This document shows positions 18,737 through 31,100 of a DNA stretch of 64,000 nt, piece after piece (position 1 is the first letter of the stretch; the number at the start of each line of letters is the position of its first letter). Source of the DNA: an uncultured Cytophagales bacterium. GTDB taxonomy: Bacteria; Bacteroidota; Bacteroidia; Cytophagales; JAAEPT01. The stretch spans positions 2,886 to 66,885 of the forward strand of contig CAWKJU010000005.1 of NCBI GenBank assembly GCA_963849955.1, read 5' to 3'. The position numbers and the translations under genes were made by a program. The notes below the pieces were generated by a model. That model saw only the letters and a program-made list of their open reading frames with translations. It searched no databases and was not told where the DNA came from.

Positions 18737-19626
18737 TATCTAATGTATCCTAATTGTTTTAATTTGTTTTCTTTTTTTCTCCAGTCTGATTCTACTTTTA
18801 CAAACAGCTCAAGAAAAACCTTAGTTTTAAAAAACTCTTCCATGTCTTTGCGCGCCTCTGTGCCTATTTTCTTTAAAGCAGCACCTCCTTTGCCTATTAG
18901 GATTCCTTTTTGAGAATCGCGTTCCACCAAAATATCACCACAGATATGGATGATTTTACCTTCATCCTTAAAAACTGAAATAATGACATCACAACTATAA
19001 GGCACTTCCTTTTTATACGTCCTCAAAATTTTCTCTCGAATAATTTCAGAAGCAAAAAAGCGCTCGGGAAGAGTTGTAAGTTGATCTTTTGGATAATAGG
19101 CTGGATGTTCAGGTAGCATTTCTTTGATGGAAAGTATTATTCGTTCCAGGTTGAATTTTTCCAAAGCACTTATCGGGATGATTTCCTTAGGAGAAAGAAT
19201 GTTGTTCCAATAGTCGATTTTTTTCTCGACTTCAGACTGGTCTTTCACTAAGTCTATTTTATTCACTAAAACAATAATCGGAGTCTCCATTCGAGCTAAT
19301 CGAGCAACTACTTCTCCTTCATCATGTTTTTCAAAAATATCAGTTACAAAAAGAATTACATCAGCGTCTTCAAGTGATTCGCTTACAAAGTTCATCATGA
19401 ACTCGTGTAGTTTATATTGAGGTTTAATGATGCCAGGAGTGTCTGAGTATACGATTTGAAAATCTTCACCACTGATAATACCTTGAATCCGATGACGGGT
19501 GGTTTGAGCTTTAGAAGTGATTATGGATAAATTTTCTTCTACTAATTGATTCATCAAAGTGGATTTACCCACGTTAGGTTTTCCAACGATGCTAACAAAA
19601 CCGGCTTTGTGTTGCGTTTCACTCAT
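18736..19626 (-). CDS. era: GTPase Era
   Basis: GKPNVGKST, DTPG and NKID motifs plus a KH domain (GKGGAALKKIG). Confidence 0.93.
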   Translation of the reverse strand: MSETQHKAGFVSIVGKPNVGKSTLMNQLVEENLSIITSKAQTTRHRIQGIISGEDFQIVYSDTPGIIKPQYKLHEFMMNFVSESLEDADVILFVTDIFEKHDEGEVVARLARMETPIIVLVNKIDLVKDQSEVEKKIDYWNNILSPKEIIPISALEKFNLERIILSIKEMLPEHPAYYPKDQLTTLPERFFASEIIREKILRTYKKEVPYSCDVIISVFKDEGKIIHICGDILVERDSQKGILIGKGGAALKKIGTEARKDMEEFFKTKVFLELFVKVESDWRKKENKLKQLGYIR

Positions 19627-19842
19627 TGTGTGAATTTATTATACAAAAGTAGTTGAATTAACTTAATTATGAGGAACAATATAATTAATAGCTGTTGTCA
19701 TGAATAAAAAAATAATTTTATCGTGGTTGTTAGGTGTTTTTTTCAGAATAAGTTGTCTCAATAGGATTGTTTGTATAAACTTGTGTATAGTATCTTTTTG
19801 GTATATGAAAATAGTCTGTCAACCATTGGCACTGAAATTAAA

Positions 19843-20226
19843 ATGAGAACAAAAAAACCTTTGCTTTTAGTTGTGGATGATATTCCTACTACATTGGAAT
19901 TGTTGGTTTCACTTTTTGATAAACAATATGATGTTGTGCCCAAACAAAATGGTAAGGAAGCTTTAGAGTGGCTCCATGAAGGTCATTTACCGAATTTAAT
20001 ATTAAGTGATGTTCGTATGCCTATCATGGATGGTTATGAATTTATGACTCATGTGAAATCGAGCGGTCTTTTTCGTGACATACCTTTTTTTGTTTTGTCA
20101 GCTGTTCACGAAAGTCAGGAAAGAGTTAAGTTTCTTCAAGATGGAGCAGAAGATTTTTTAACTAAACCTTTTAATCCCGATGAACTTCTAATAAGAGTAA
20201 ATAAAATTATTTTAAGAAATAATTAA
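19843..20226 (+). CDS. single-domain response regulator (CheY-like receiver)
   Basis: LLLVVDD, LILSDVRMPIMDG (phospho-acceptor Asp), VLSA and TKPF. I take the start as MRTKKP at 19843; the track ORF from 19771 is an upstream extension. Confidence 0.85.
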   Translation: MRTKKPLLLVVDDIPTTLELLVSLFDKQYDVVPKQNGKEALEWLHEGHLPNLILSDVRMPIMDGYEFMTHVKSSGLFRDIPFFVLSAVHESQERVKFLQDGAEDFLTKPFNPDELLIRVNKIILRNN

Positions 20227-20345
20227 GTTTGGCTATTAAACTTACGTAGGCTTTTAGAGGTTGTTTTTAACAAAAATTAGAAGTCTAAATAAAAATTTTT
20301 GAAATAATAAATTAAATAGTGCATTGTTTCATAGTTTTTGTTCCC

Positions 20346-20353
20346 TAACTTTG
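20346..20353 (+). promoter_or_regulatory. -7 box TAACTTTG upstream of the priming transferase gene
   Basis: Exact TAnnTTTG match, 72 nt upstream of the ATG at 20425. Confidence 0.4.
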
Positions 20354-20424
20354 CTTTATAAAAGTAAAACTAGAGGGGGGGAATTACACGTAATTTTTAT
20401 TAAAATGTAACAATCTTATCTATT

Positions 20425-21645
20425 ATGAAATTTCAACAAGCTAGTACTTCAAAAAATCTGCATTGCCTAATCAATAAAGAGGTTGCGTTTGTAGATGTAG
20501 AAATAGATCGCGTAGAGGACGATCCATTGATTGAAAAAGTGATGAAGCTTTTTAAAACACAAGCAATCCATAATATCGTTGAATTGCATGAGTTTTTAGA
20601 AAATCAAGAGAAAATAGAAGCGATTATTATTCATGGTCATCTGGATTGTAAACAAACAGATGAGTTTATTTCTTTAATAAAAAATGATAATCTTCTTAAG
20701 AATATTCCAATAGTATTAATTACCGATTACATAACTTCTGAATTAAAACAAGAGATTTTCCAAAAAGGAGTAAGTGAGGTGTTTAATGAAGAGTTTATTG
20801 ATGAAGAGTTTCAAAAAAGGACTGTTTACTTGATGGATAATTTGGGTAAAACAGATGTTAAGGATTTACATTTACATCATTATAAAGTTCCCTTAAACAA
20901 ACGAATTTTTGATATTGTTTTTTCATTAGGTATGTTAACACTTTTGTTTCCATTGTTTTTAGTGGTAGGGATTTTAATCAAACTCGAATCGAGAGGACCT
21001 CTTTTCTATATTTCTAAACGAGCAGGCTCTGGGTTTAAAGTTTTTGGTTTTATTAAATTTCGTTCCATGGCAAATGGTGCGGATAAAAAACTAAAAGATT
21101 TAGAGCACTTAAATAATTACGTTAAAAACGAGAAGGAATTAGAAAAAGATAAGACTGCCATGCAATTTGGCGTTCAAAAGATAGGCGATTCCAATGAAGG
21201 GGCTGTAAAGTTATATGGTGATGGTGTAGAGTTTACAGAAGAAGAATATTTAGGTACAGTTGATAAGGAAGACAGTTCACCTACTTTTATAAAAATAAAG
21301 AATGACTCAAGAGTTACTCGAATAGGTCAATTTATTAGGAAAACCAGTATTGATGAATTACCTCAGCTAATTAATGTGTTAAAAGGTGATATGTCAATTG
21401 TTGGGAATAGACCTCTGCCATTATATGAGGCTGAGAAAATTACGTCTGACGAATTTATTCAAAGATTTATGGCTCCAGCGGGAATAACTGGCTGGTGGCA
21501 AACTTCTAAAAGAGGCAAAGAAAATATGTCTGCAAATGAAAGGATAAAACTTGATATAGCCTACGCAAAAAAATATTCCTTGTGGTTAGATCTTAAAATA
21601 ATTGCAAGAACACTACCTTCCATGTTGCAAAAAGACAATGTCTAA
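20425..21645 (+). CDS. pseudo-receiver domain fused to a bacterial sugar transferase (polyprenyl-phosphate glycosyl-1-phosphate transferase, WbaP/EpsL-like)
   Basis: The C-terminal half has KRIFDIVFS, the TM helix, ESRGPLFY, KFRSM, SIDELPQLINVLKGDMSIVGNRP and GITGWWQ. The N-terminal ~125 aa has a receiver-like pattern without the acceptor Asp. Confidence 0.8.
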   Translation: MKFQQASTSKNLHCLINKEVAFVDVEIDRVEDDPLIEKVMKLFKTQAIHNIVELHEFLENQEKIEAIIIHGHLDCKQTDEFISLIKNDNLLKNIPIVLITDYITSELKQEIFQKGVSEVFNEEFIDEEFQKRTVYLMDNLGKTDVKDLHLHHYKVPLNKRIFDIVFSLGMLTLLFPLFLVVGILIKLESRGPLFYISKRAGSGFKVFGFIKFRSMANGADKKLKDLEHLNNYVKNEKELEKDKTAMQFGVQKIGDSNEGAVKLYGDGVEFTEEEYLGTVDKEDSSPTFIKIKNDSRVTRIGQFIRKTSIDELPQLINVLKGDMSIVGNRPLPLYEAEKITSDEFIQRFMAPAGITGWWQTSKRGKENMSANERIKLDIAYAKKYSLWLDLKIIARTLPSMLQKDNV

Positions 21646-22844
21646 TGCTAATCCTTGAACTGATTTTTTTATTGTACTTTGTGCCATTAGTAGTTTTTAA
21701 CTTCACTTTTGGAATAGCAAGTATTTTTCCTCTAAAGAAAAAAACAAGTGTAATAAGTACTGTTAAGGCAAAAATAGCTGTTTTAATTCCTGGATATAAG
21801 GAAGATAGTGTCATTCTTGATGTGGCAAAAAAAGCTTTAGAACAATCATATGATTCTAATAATTTTGATGTTGTAATCATTGCTGATTCATTTTTAGAAA
21901 GTACTCTTTTATCCTTGCGAAAGTTGCCATTGAAAGTTATTGAGGTGTCTTTTGATAAAAGTACAAAAGCAAAAGCACTGAATAAAGCGATGTCTATTTT
22001 GGGAGATAATTATGATATAGCTGTTTTGCTGGATGCTGATAATGTGATGGAGTATGATTTTCTGACTAAAGTTAATAATGCATATCAGGCTGGTTATCTA
22101 AATATGCAAGGAAGAAGGGTAGCTAAAAATACTGATAGCAAATTTTCATTTTTGGATGGTATAAGTGAAGCAATAAATAATAACATATTTAGGAAAGGGC
22201 ATAATATGCTTGGTTTTTCTTGTTCCTTTATTGGGTCAGGTATGGCTTTGCCATATGATTCATTTAAAGTAAAAATGGGAAGGATTGATGCAGTAGGTGG
22301 GTTTGATCGAGCACTTCAAGTAGAGTTTATTGGAGACGGTGAAAAAATATGGTACTTAAATGATGCACTTGTTTATGACGAAAAAATCGGTAATTCTACT
22401 GGTTTTGGAAACCAAAGAAAAAGGTGGCTTTCAAGTCAGTTTGTCTATTTAAGTAGGAATTTGAAAAAAGGGTTTTTAGGCTTGTTTTCTGGCAAATTTG
22501 ATTTATTTAATGCTTCTATTTTGCATAATCTGTTTCTTCCACGGGTATTAAATTTGGGGCTATTATTTATTTACACATTAGTTTATTTACTTTTTGATGA
22601 TTATTTAACAGTAAATCCCTTAATGATATATGCTGTTTTTTTGTTGTATTATCTTGCAACACTGATCGCTATACCAAGGCATTATTTTTCTTGGAAAATG
22701 ATTGCAGCAATTTTGGCTTTACCTCAAGCTTTTTTTATCATGTTTGCTTCACTTTTTAAATTGAGAGGAGCTAATAAAACATTCATTCACACCCAACATA
22801 CACGTGTTGAAATAGAGAAGAATGATAAAAAAAACATTGTATAA
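21645..22844 (+). CDS. membrane-bound family-2 glycosyltransferase
   Basis: GT-A core (LIPGYKED, LLDADN, QRKRW) flanked by TM helices. Confidence 0.75.
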   Translation: MLILELIFLLYFVPLVVFNFTFGIASIFPLKKKTSVISTVKAKIAVLIPGYKEDSVILDVAKKALEQSYDSNNFDVVIIADSFLESTLLSLRKLPLKVIEVSFDKSTKAKALNKAMSILGDNYDIAVLLDADNVMEYDFLTKVNNAYQAGYLNMQGRRVAKNTDSKFSFLDGISEAINNNIFRKGHNMLGFSCSFIGSGMALPYDSFKVKMGRIDAVGGFDRALQVEFIGDGEKIWYLNDALVYDEKIGNSTGFGNQRKRWLSSQFVYLSRNLKKGFLGLFSGKFDLFNASILHNLFLPRVLNLGLLFIYTLVYLLFDDYLTVNPLMIYAVFLLYYLATLIAIPRHYFSWKMIAAILALPQAFFIMFASLFKLRGANKTFIHTQHTRVEIEKNDKKNIV

Positions 22845-22851
22845 ATAAGCT

Positions 22852-23730
22852 ATGGTTACTCCGTTGGTTTCTATCGTTACTGTTAATTTTAACGAACCAG
22901 AAGTTACAGAACAGTTATTGATTTCAATCCAAAATAATTCATATAAGAATATTGAAGTTATTGTGGTCGATAATGGCTGTACAAAAGGAGTTGAATTACT
23001 AATAAGCTCCTCTTTTCCACATGTTAACTATATTTCAAGTAACGAAAACTTAGGGTTTGCCGGAGGTAATAATTTAGGTATTAAACAGGCTAAAGGTGAT
23101 TTTGTTTTTTTAGTCAATAATGATACTGAGTTTGTTGATGGATTGATAGAGGGATTGTTGTATCGATTTGGTACTAGTAAGAAAATAGGTGTGGTTTCTC
23201 CTAAAATCCGTTTTTTTCATTTGCCTAATGTAATTCAATATGCTGGTTATTCTGAAATGAATCCGTTCACAGCAAGAAATAAAGCATATGGTTCCAAAGA
23301 GAAAGATGAAGGTCAGTGTGATATAGCCATGGAAACTCCTTTTGGACATGGTGCGGCACTAATGTTTAGGAGAGAACTAGTTGATATTGTAGGAGCATTA
23401 CCAGAAGTTTTCTTTCTGTATTATGAAGAATTAGACTGGTGTGAACAAATACGAAGAGCTGGTTATGAAGTTTGGTATGAACCCAAAGCAACTATATATC
23501 ACAAAGAATCGGTAAGTGTTGGCAAAATGAGTGCTTTTAAGACGTACTATCTGACTAGAAACAGAATTCTTTTTGTTAGAAGAAATATGGATACGTTTCA
23601 AAAAATTTGTTTTTCCTTGTTCTTTGTTTTTTTAACTATTCCTAAAAACACCTTTTTAATGATATTTAAGAGACAATGGTCGCATTTAAGAGCTTTTTGG
23701 AAAGGTGTGATTTGGAACTTTAAAAATTGA
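22852..23730 (+). CDS. family-2 glycosyltransferase
   Basis: VSIVTVNFN, VVDNG, GFAGGNN, LVNNDTEF and YEELDWC, as in rhamnosyltransferase-like GT2 enzymes. Confidence 0.8.
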   Translation: MVTPLVSIVTVNFNEPEVTEQLLISIQNNSYKNIEVIVVDNGCTKGVELLISSSFPHVNYISSNENLGFAGGNNLGIKQAKGDFVFLVNNDTEFVDGLIEGLLYRFGTSKKIGVVSPKIRFFHLPNVIQYAGYSEMNPFTARNKAYGSKEKDEGQCDIAMETPFGHGAALMFRRELVDIVGALPEVFFLYYEELDWCEQIRRAGYEVWYEPKATIYHKESVSVGKMSAFKTYYLTRNRILFVRRNMDTFQKICFSLFFVFLTIPKNTFLMIFKRQWSHLRAFWKGVIWNFKN

Positions 23731-23735
23731 ATTCG

Positions 23736-24851
23736 ATGCCTGACAAGATAAAAATATTACAGACAATTAGACAAGGTAAAATAGGTGGGGGAGAGCGTCA
23801 TGTCATTGATTTAGTTGAAGCGTTGGATAAGTCAGTCTATGAGCCTATAGTGTTGTCATTTACTGATGGCGAAATGATTTCTCATCTAAAAAACATAGGG
23901 GTTGAAGTGCATGTCATTTATACTGAAAAAGGATTTGACTATAAGGTTTGGCCTAAAGTTGAAAAATTGATTAAAGAGCGAGGTGTTGCTTTAGTGCATG
24001 CACATGGTACTCGTGCATGTTCAAACTCGTTTTGGCCAGCTAAAAAGAGGAATATACCTTGTTTGTATACTGTGCATGGTTGGTCCTTTCACCAAGACCA
24101 GCCTTTTATCCAAAATAAAATCAGATCTTTTTTGGAGGGGGTATTAGTAAAGCAGGTTGATGGAACTATATTGGTCTCAGATAATAATGCCAAAGAAGCA
24201 AGTGAGATGTTTCACCCTAAAAAACAGTTTGTAGTAAAAAACGGAGTTAATTTAAATCGATTTTCCCTTTCTACCTCTAATCATTTTCGTAAAGAGTTAG
24301 GGGTTGCTGATAGCTGTTTTCTGGTGGGATATATTGCTAGAATGACTAAACAGAAAGATCCTCAATCGATGATTAGAGCTATGAAAATTGTAGCTGAACA
24401 AAATGAGGAGATTAAACTCTTGATGATTGGTAGTGGTGAATTGGATGAGGAGGTGAATCAGTTGATTGAAAAACTTGATTTAACAAATATTATTAGACTA
24501 CCTTTTAGAACAGATATCCCTGAAATATTGTCTGCAATTGATGTATATTGTTTGCCCTCTTTATGGGAGGGATTACCAATTGGCGTGTTAGAAGCAATGG
24601 CAATGAGTAAGCCTGTAATTGCTACAGCTATTCCTGGGAATTCAGAATTAATTGAGGTAGATAAAAACGGTTATCTATGTAAGGTGAATTCCCCAGAATC
24701 AGTAGCGGAAAAAATAATCGACTTGAGTTCTTTACAGGTGGATACAAGAAAATCAATGGGTCAATATTCAAGAATTAAAATAGAGGAAGCTTTCTCAGTT
24801 GATAAAATGACAAGAAAGATTGAGCAGCTTTACATGAATTTTTTGCAGTAA
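23736..24851 (+). CDS. GT4 (family-1 fold) glycosyltransferase
   Basis: PSLWEGLPIGVLEAMAMSKPVIATAIPGNSELIE (EX7E motif). The track start at 23727 is TTG; the ATG at 23736 is more likely. Confidence 0.8.
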   Translation: MPDKIKILQTIRQGKIGGGERHVIDLVEALDKSVYEPIVLSFTDGEMISHLKNIGVEVHVIYTEKGFDYKVWPKVEKLIKERGVALVHAHGTRACSNSFWPAKKRNIPCLYTVHGWSFHQDQPFIQNKIRSFLEGVLVKQVDGTILVSDNNAKEASEMFHPKKQFVVKNGVNLNRFSLSTSNHFRKELGVADSCFLVGYIARMTKQKDPQSMIRAMKIVAEQNEEIKLLMIGSGELDEEVNQLIEKLDLTNIIRLPFRTDIPEILSAIDVYCLPSLWEGLPIGVLEAMAMSKPVIATAIPGNSELIEVDKNGYLCKVNSPESVAEKIIDLSSLQVDTRKSMGQYSRIKIEEAFSVDKMTRKIEQLYMNFLQ

Positions 24852-25104
24852 AATAACGTGTGCGTTTTTAGTGCTTATTTAGTGCTACTACTTGTTTCTG
24901 GTCGTATATTAGTAAATTGTTTGGATTACGCTATTTTTTATTTCTATTCTAGGGTGTGATATTACATGATGTAGTGTTATAAATAATTTAAAAAAACCTA
25001 GAAAAATATTATTATTTAAATTGTTAACAAAATAAAAGTCGATTTATTTTTTTTTAGCGAAAATCAAGAATACCTTTACACCGTAAAATTATTCTACCTA
25101 AGTT

Positions 25105-28100
25105 ATGAGACATTTTGTATCGCTAGTACTGCTCGTTTTTATATATACAATTCCAGCCATTGGTCAGACTTATCCTCCTAATGGAGATATTTATGATTGG
25201 ACCTATACTGAAGGTGTTGGGACAAATTGGAATACCTCATCTTATAAAGCCTATATCTATAATAGGATGAGTTTTAGAATGATGTCACCAGTAGGTTTTG
25301 ATCAATCTGATGACTCTAAGAAATATCCTATAGCAATTTTTTTTCACGGAAAGGGTGAAGCAGGTACGGATAACAATAAGCAATTAAAATGGGGGGCGCA
25401 GTTACAGAAAGCAAAAATTGAGTCGGGTGAATTTCCAGGTTTTGCTCTTTTTCCTCAAAACACAAGTGGTTTTTGGAATGACACACATTTTGATCGATTA
25501 ATTGAAATTTTGGATACACTCGCGAGTAAGTATCATGTGGACTTAAATAGAGTGTATGTTCATGGGTTATCTGCTGGTGGTCAAGCTGTTTGGAAGATAA
25601 TGGATCGATATCCTGAATACATTGCTGCTGCTATACCACTCTCAGCTGCTTCTACCAACTTTATAGATTTTGTTCCTAACTTAGTACATATACCAATATG
25701 GTTAGCTCAGGGAGGGTTAGATAATGGTCCTGCGCCTTACACGGCTGGTCAATTAGTTGAAGCTGTTCAAAATGCTGGTGGAAACATTAAATATTCATTG
25801 TTTCCAGAAAATGCACATAATACATGGACAGATATGTGGGCTGATCCTGATTATTATCCATTTTTCTTGAGACATAGTAAGCTTAATATTCATGCTTATT
25901 ATGGAAAAACAGAGTTTTGTCCAGGGGATGAAATAAGTGCGACAATCGGTGTTTCTGCAGGATTTGATGGGTATCAATGGGCTAAAAATGGGGTAGTTAT
26001 TAGTGGCGCAAGCAGTAATAATTATGATGTTACATCAATAGGCGAATATTCTGTTCGAATTTTAAGAGGTAGTAATTGGTCAGAATGGTCTTCTCCTATC
26101 GAAATTAAATATGAAAACGCTTCAGAGACACCTCCGGTTAAAACATTAGGATTACAAACAGTTGCTTTACCAGGTTTAGATGGAAAAACTTCGGTTACGT
26201 TAGTTGGTCAGGAAGGGTTGACTGATTTTAAATGGTCAAAAGTAGGTTCGTCAACAGTCATTGGTACTGAGATTACTTACGAGGCAAGAGCTGCTGGGCA
26301 ATATGTGCTAACAGCTAGGAAACCTGATGGTTGTTATGCATTATCGTCCGAGCCTTTTTTAGTCACAAATGGTAGAGGGCCTTCTGCACCAAATTCTCCT
26401 GCAAATTTGTTGTTAACTACTTTATCAGAAACCTCTATTTTATTAACGTGGGATCAAAATCCGTCTAATGTTAATAATGAGACTGCTTTTGAAATATACA
26501 GATCAAAAACTGTTTCTGGACCTTATGTATTGGTTAAAATCACTGGTCAAGATGAATCGCAGTTCATTGATACAAAATTAAGTTCAAATACTGCATATTA
26601 TTATAGAATAAGAGCAATTAATAATGATGGGTATTCGGCTACTTATGCGAGTAACAATGCTAGTACTAAAGCTGATACTGAAGCTCCAACAATACCACAA
26701 AATGTCGTAGCAGTTGGATCACCAACAGCTATTGATTTGTCTTGGGATGATTCGCAAGACAACGTTGGTGTATATCGATATGAGATATACCAATCTGGAA
26801 TATTGATAGCAACAACGAACAATACTAATTTTAAAGTTTTAGGTGTTCAAACTGGAAGTAGTTATGCGTATTCAATTAAAGCTACTGATTTAGCAGGCAA
26901 TAAATCTTCTTTTAGTGAACAGGTAGTTCAAATTGCTGCAGCTAATGGTTTAAACTATTCGTATTACGAAGAAGAAGGTCTAAGTGTATTGCCTAATTTT
27001 AATCAATTGTCCCCCGTGAAAACAGGCGTTACACCAAATTTTTCTTTAATTGAAAGAGAAAAAAATGACAACTTCGCATTTAAATTTGACGGATATATAA
27101 ATATACCAACAGCAGGAGCTTATACGTTCGGTACAATTTCCGATGATGGAAGTAAATTATATATTGGAGGTTTTGATCCAGCCAACTTAGTAGTGAATAA
27201 TGATGGTCTACATGGTAATGAAGAAAAAAATGGTACAATTAATTTAACTGCAGGTGTTTACCCGATCACAGTTACCTTTTTTGAAAAAGCAGGTGGAGAA
27301 ACATTAATTGTAAATTGGTCTGGTCCTGGTTTCAGTAAGCAAGTTATTCCAGACGCGGCTTTTCAAAGCAACGTAGTTTTGCCTCCAGCACCAGCAGTCC
27401 CAAGTAATTTAGCGGGTTCGCCTGTATCATATAAAGAAATCGCATTAACTTGGTCCAATGTTGCGAACGAAACGGGCTATGAGTTATATCGATCCTCTAA
27501 TTCGGGTGAATCATTTGAAATTGTTGCGACACTCCCTGCGAACGTAACTAGTTATAATGATAAATTAGATATTCAACCACAAACTACCTACTTCTATAAA
27601 ATTAAGTCAATTAATCAATATGGCGCTTCTGACTTTGGTGGTGGATCTGCAATACCAGGGATGACTTATTATTATTACGAAAAATCAGGAATGAGTGTAT
27701 TACCAGACTTTAATTCACTTACACCTAAGAAATCTGGACCAACAGATAATTTCGATATTTCATATGCTGATAACATCAATAACTTTGCCTTTAAGTTTGA
27801 TGGTTTCATTATTATTCCTGTAACAGGGGATTATAACTTCTCGACTAGATCTGATGATGGAAGTAAACTTTATATTGACGGTTTTAGTGAATCGAATTTA
27901 GTGGTAAATAATGATGGTTTGCATGGAAACCGAACTCGAGATGGTGATATTACGTTGACTGCAGGTCCTCATAGAATTGTTGTTACTTTCTTTGAAGGAA
28001 GTGGGGGAGAATTCTTAGAAGTCAAATGGGACGGTCCAAGCTTTGATGAACAAATCATACCTACTTCGGCTTTTGTCAAGAACTACATTGAAGTAACCTC

Positions 28101-31100
28101 TTTACCGTTGCCGCAAATTCCAAATGTTCCTACTGCTTTAACAGCAGTGGCAACTTCCAGTACAGAAACAACCGTTTCGTGGATTGATGAGTCATCCAAT
28201 GAAATTGGTTTTGAAGTTTATCGAGCTACAGGTGAAAGTGGTGAGTTTAGATTATTCAGTGAATTAGGTGCCAACACCACATCTTTTACGAACTCTAACT
28301 TATTTGCTCACTTAATTTATAAATATAAAATCCGTGCTTTCAACGATGGTGGTTATTCTGAATTTACGACACCTGTTTCAGTGACAACATTAAATTCAAA
28401 TCCTCAGTTTGAATCACTTTCTGATGTTTCTTTATTTTACGATGCAGATTTAGACAAAGAAATTGTTGCTATTGACGCAGATGGTGATTTAGTTTCGTAT
28501 TCGGTTTATGGTTCATTACCAGCATTTGTTTCGTTTATTGATAATGGAGATGGAACATCAAACTTAAGTATTAACCCTTCATTAAGTGATATAGGCATTT
28601 ATTCTATTTCAATGATTGCCACAGATTTATTTTCAGGTGCCGATACCGTTGCATTTAGTCTAAACATAAACAGTAATAATCCTCCAGTAATTGGGGTTAT
28701 TAATAATCAAACGATATTAGAAGGTGAAACAAATGAAATTGTGTTTGATTTGACAGAACCAAATGGAGATGCTATTTCTTTAAGTGCGTTAGGGTTACCT
28801 GATTTTGTGACTATTATTGATAATAATGATGGTACAGGTTCTATGTTGATAGAACCAAAGTTCACGGACGCGGGTATTTATTCTGGCATAAAAGTAATTG
28901 CAACAGATGAAAATGGAGCTAGTTCTGAGCGTGTCTTTTCAATTACCGTTGAGGATGTAGTTATTGACCATAAGGTATATGTTAACTTTAGTCATAGTAG
29001 TTTAGGTGCTAGTCCGTGGAATAATACTGGTAAACCTTCAAGTGGTAAAGTTGTATCTGATCTTACAAATGAAAATGGAACAGCCACAACCTATGATTTA
29101 GAGTTTCTTGATAGTTGGTCTTCATATATTTTAGGAGCAACAACAGGAAATAATTCAGGTGTATACCCAGATAATGTAATCAAAGATTTTCATTTTTTCG
29201 GTTCTTACACATTACATACAGCCAGAATGAAATTTAAAGATTTAGATCCAAGGTTATCCTACGATTTTACTTTCTTTGGAAATAGTACTTATGGATCGGT
29301 TCAGGGAGTTACTAGTTATGAAATAAATGGAACCATTGTGGATTTAGATGTTTCGTCAAACACTCAGAATACGGTAAAAATATCGGGTGCTCGACCAGAT
29401 GCGAATGGTGATATTTTACTTACATTCAGTAAGAATTCATCTTTAAGATATGGCTATATTAATGCTATTGTTTTTGAATCGTACTATGATGATGGCTTAG
29501 CACCAACGCCAGCAGCAATCACAAGTCTTACAACTTCAGAGGAAGGTGTAACTATAAACTGGACTGATAACTCAATTACTGAAGATGGATATAAAGTTTA
29601 TAGATCTGAAAATGGAGGTAGTTTTACATCTGTAGCAACTTTAAGCTCAAATATATCTTCCTTTACTGATGCTAATGTTACGGGGGGAGATACATATTCC
29701 TATTTCATTCATGCATTTAATAATAACGGAACATCTAATAGTGATACTTTAAGTATAGTTGCTCCTAATAGAGCACCAAAAATTCAGACAATTTCTGACT
29801 TAATTATGGATGAAACCTCAGCGTATTCTATGAATGTTTTGGTTACAGACGCAGAAGGAGATGAGGTTAGTATGGGGGCTTCATCGTTACCAAGTTTTGT
29901 AAACATAACGGATGTTGTAAACGGGATAGCTGTGTTAACAATTTCGCCTAGTGTTGACAATATTGGTAGTTACACAATAGAATTGATAGCAACAGATGAG
30001 TTTGGAAATACAGATAGTGAGTCATTTAAACTTCAAATTGTTGATAGTAAGAAAAAATCAATTTTAGTTAACTTCAACAAGAATAATCGTACACCAGCAC
30101 CTAGTCCATGGAATAATACTCTAAGTCCAGTTGTAGGTGCAGTTTATAATGACTTAATTGATAAGTCTGGGGTTGCTACAACTGTTGATATGACGTTAAC
30201 CACGTCAGGTTGGACAAATGCTGAAACTTCTGGAGCTGTTACGGGAGATAATAGCGGTGTATACCCTGATTTAGTTACTGGAAGTTATTATTTTTTCCAA
30301 AATAGTACACCTTCAATTAAGTTTAGTGGATTAAAAGTTAGTAAAAAGTATAATTTCATATTCTTTGGAAGTGCGGCATACGGTACTGATAATCATGAAA
30401 CTAATTATACAATTGGTACAAAAACTGTCACTTTGAATGTTCAAAATAATGCGTATGATTATGTCTATATCAACGGCGTAAGTCCTAATGCTCAGGGAGA
30501 AATAGTTGTTACTTTTTCTAAGAGTAGTCAAGCAGCATTTGGTTTTATTAATGCAATAGAAATAATTGAGTTAAATGAACTTGATAAGCCATTAAGACCT
30601 GAGCGATTAAAAGTGAAAAATGTAAAAAGAAATACTGTTTCCCTTGAATGGAGAGATGATGCTCATAATGAATATTTCTATGAAGTGGTAAGAGCAACGT
30701 CTTATGATGGTCCATATTCATCTATTGCCACTTTACCACAGAACAGTACTTCATACATTGATAATACTGTATTGGCGAACAAACAATATTTCTATAAAGT
30801 GGCAGCTATAAATGGGGAAGGAACGTCAGGATATTCTGAACCAGTAGCAATTCATACGCCTTTGTTTGAAGTATTTGTAAATGTGAATATTAACGCTGCT
30901 TATAATGCACCATCACCGTGGAACAACCTCGAGCAAATACCAAACTTAGGTGATGAGTATTATAATTTATTGGATGATCAAGGAAATAATCGAGGAATTC
31001 GATTAGCATTTGATGAAGCACCATTTACTGGAGGTGATAATTATGGTTTAACTACAGGCAATAACTCTGGTCTTTACCCTGATGCAGTATTGGGAAGTTT

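Noticed and set aside
26941-28080. Repeated sequence within the giant gene as a DNA-level repeat or recombination artefact
   Set aside because: The two PA14-containing units are similar at the protein level but clearly diverged at the nucleotide level and stay in frame. This is an old internal domain duplication, not an assembly repeat.
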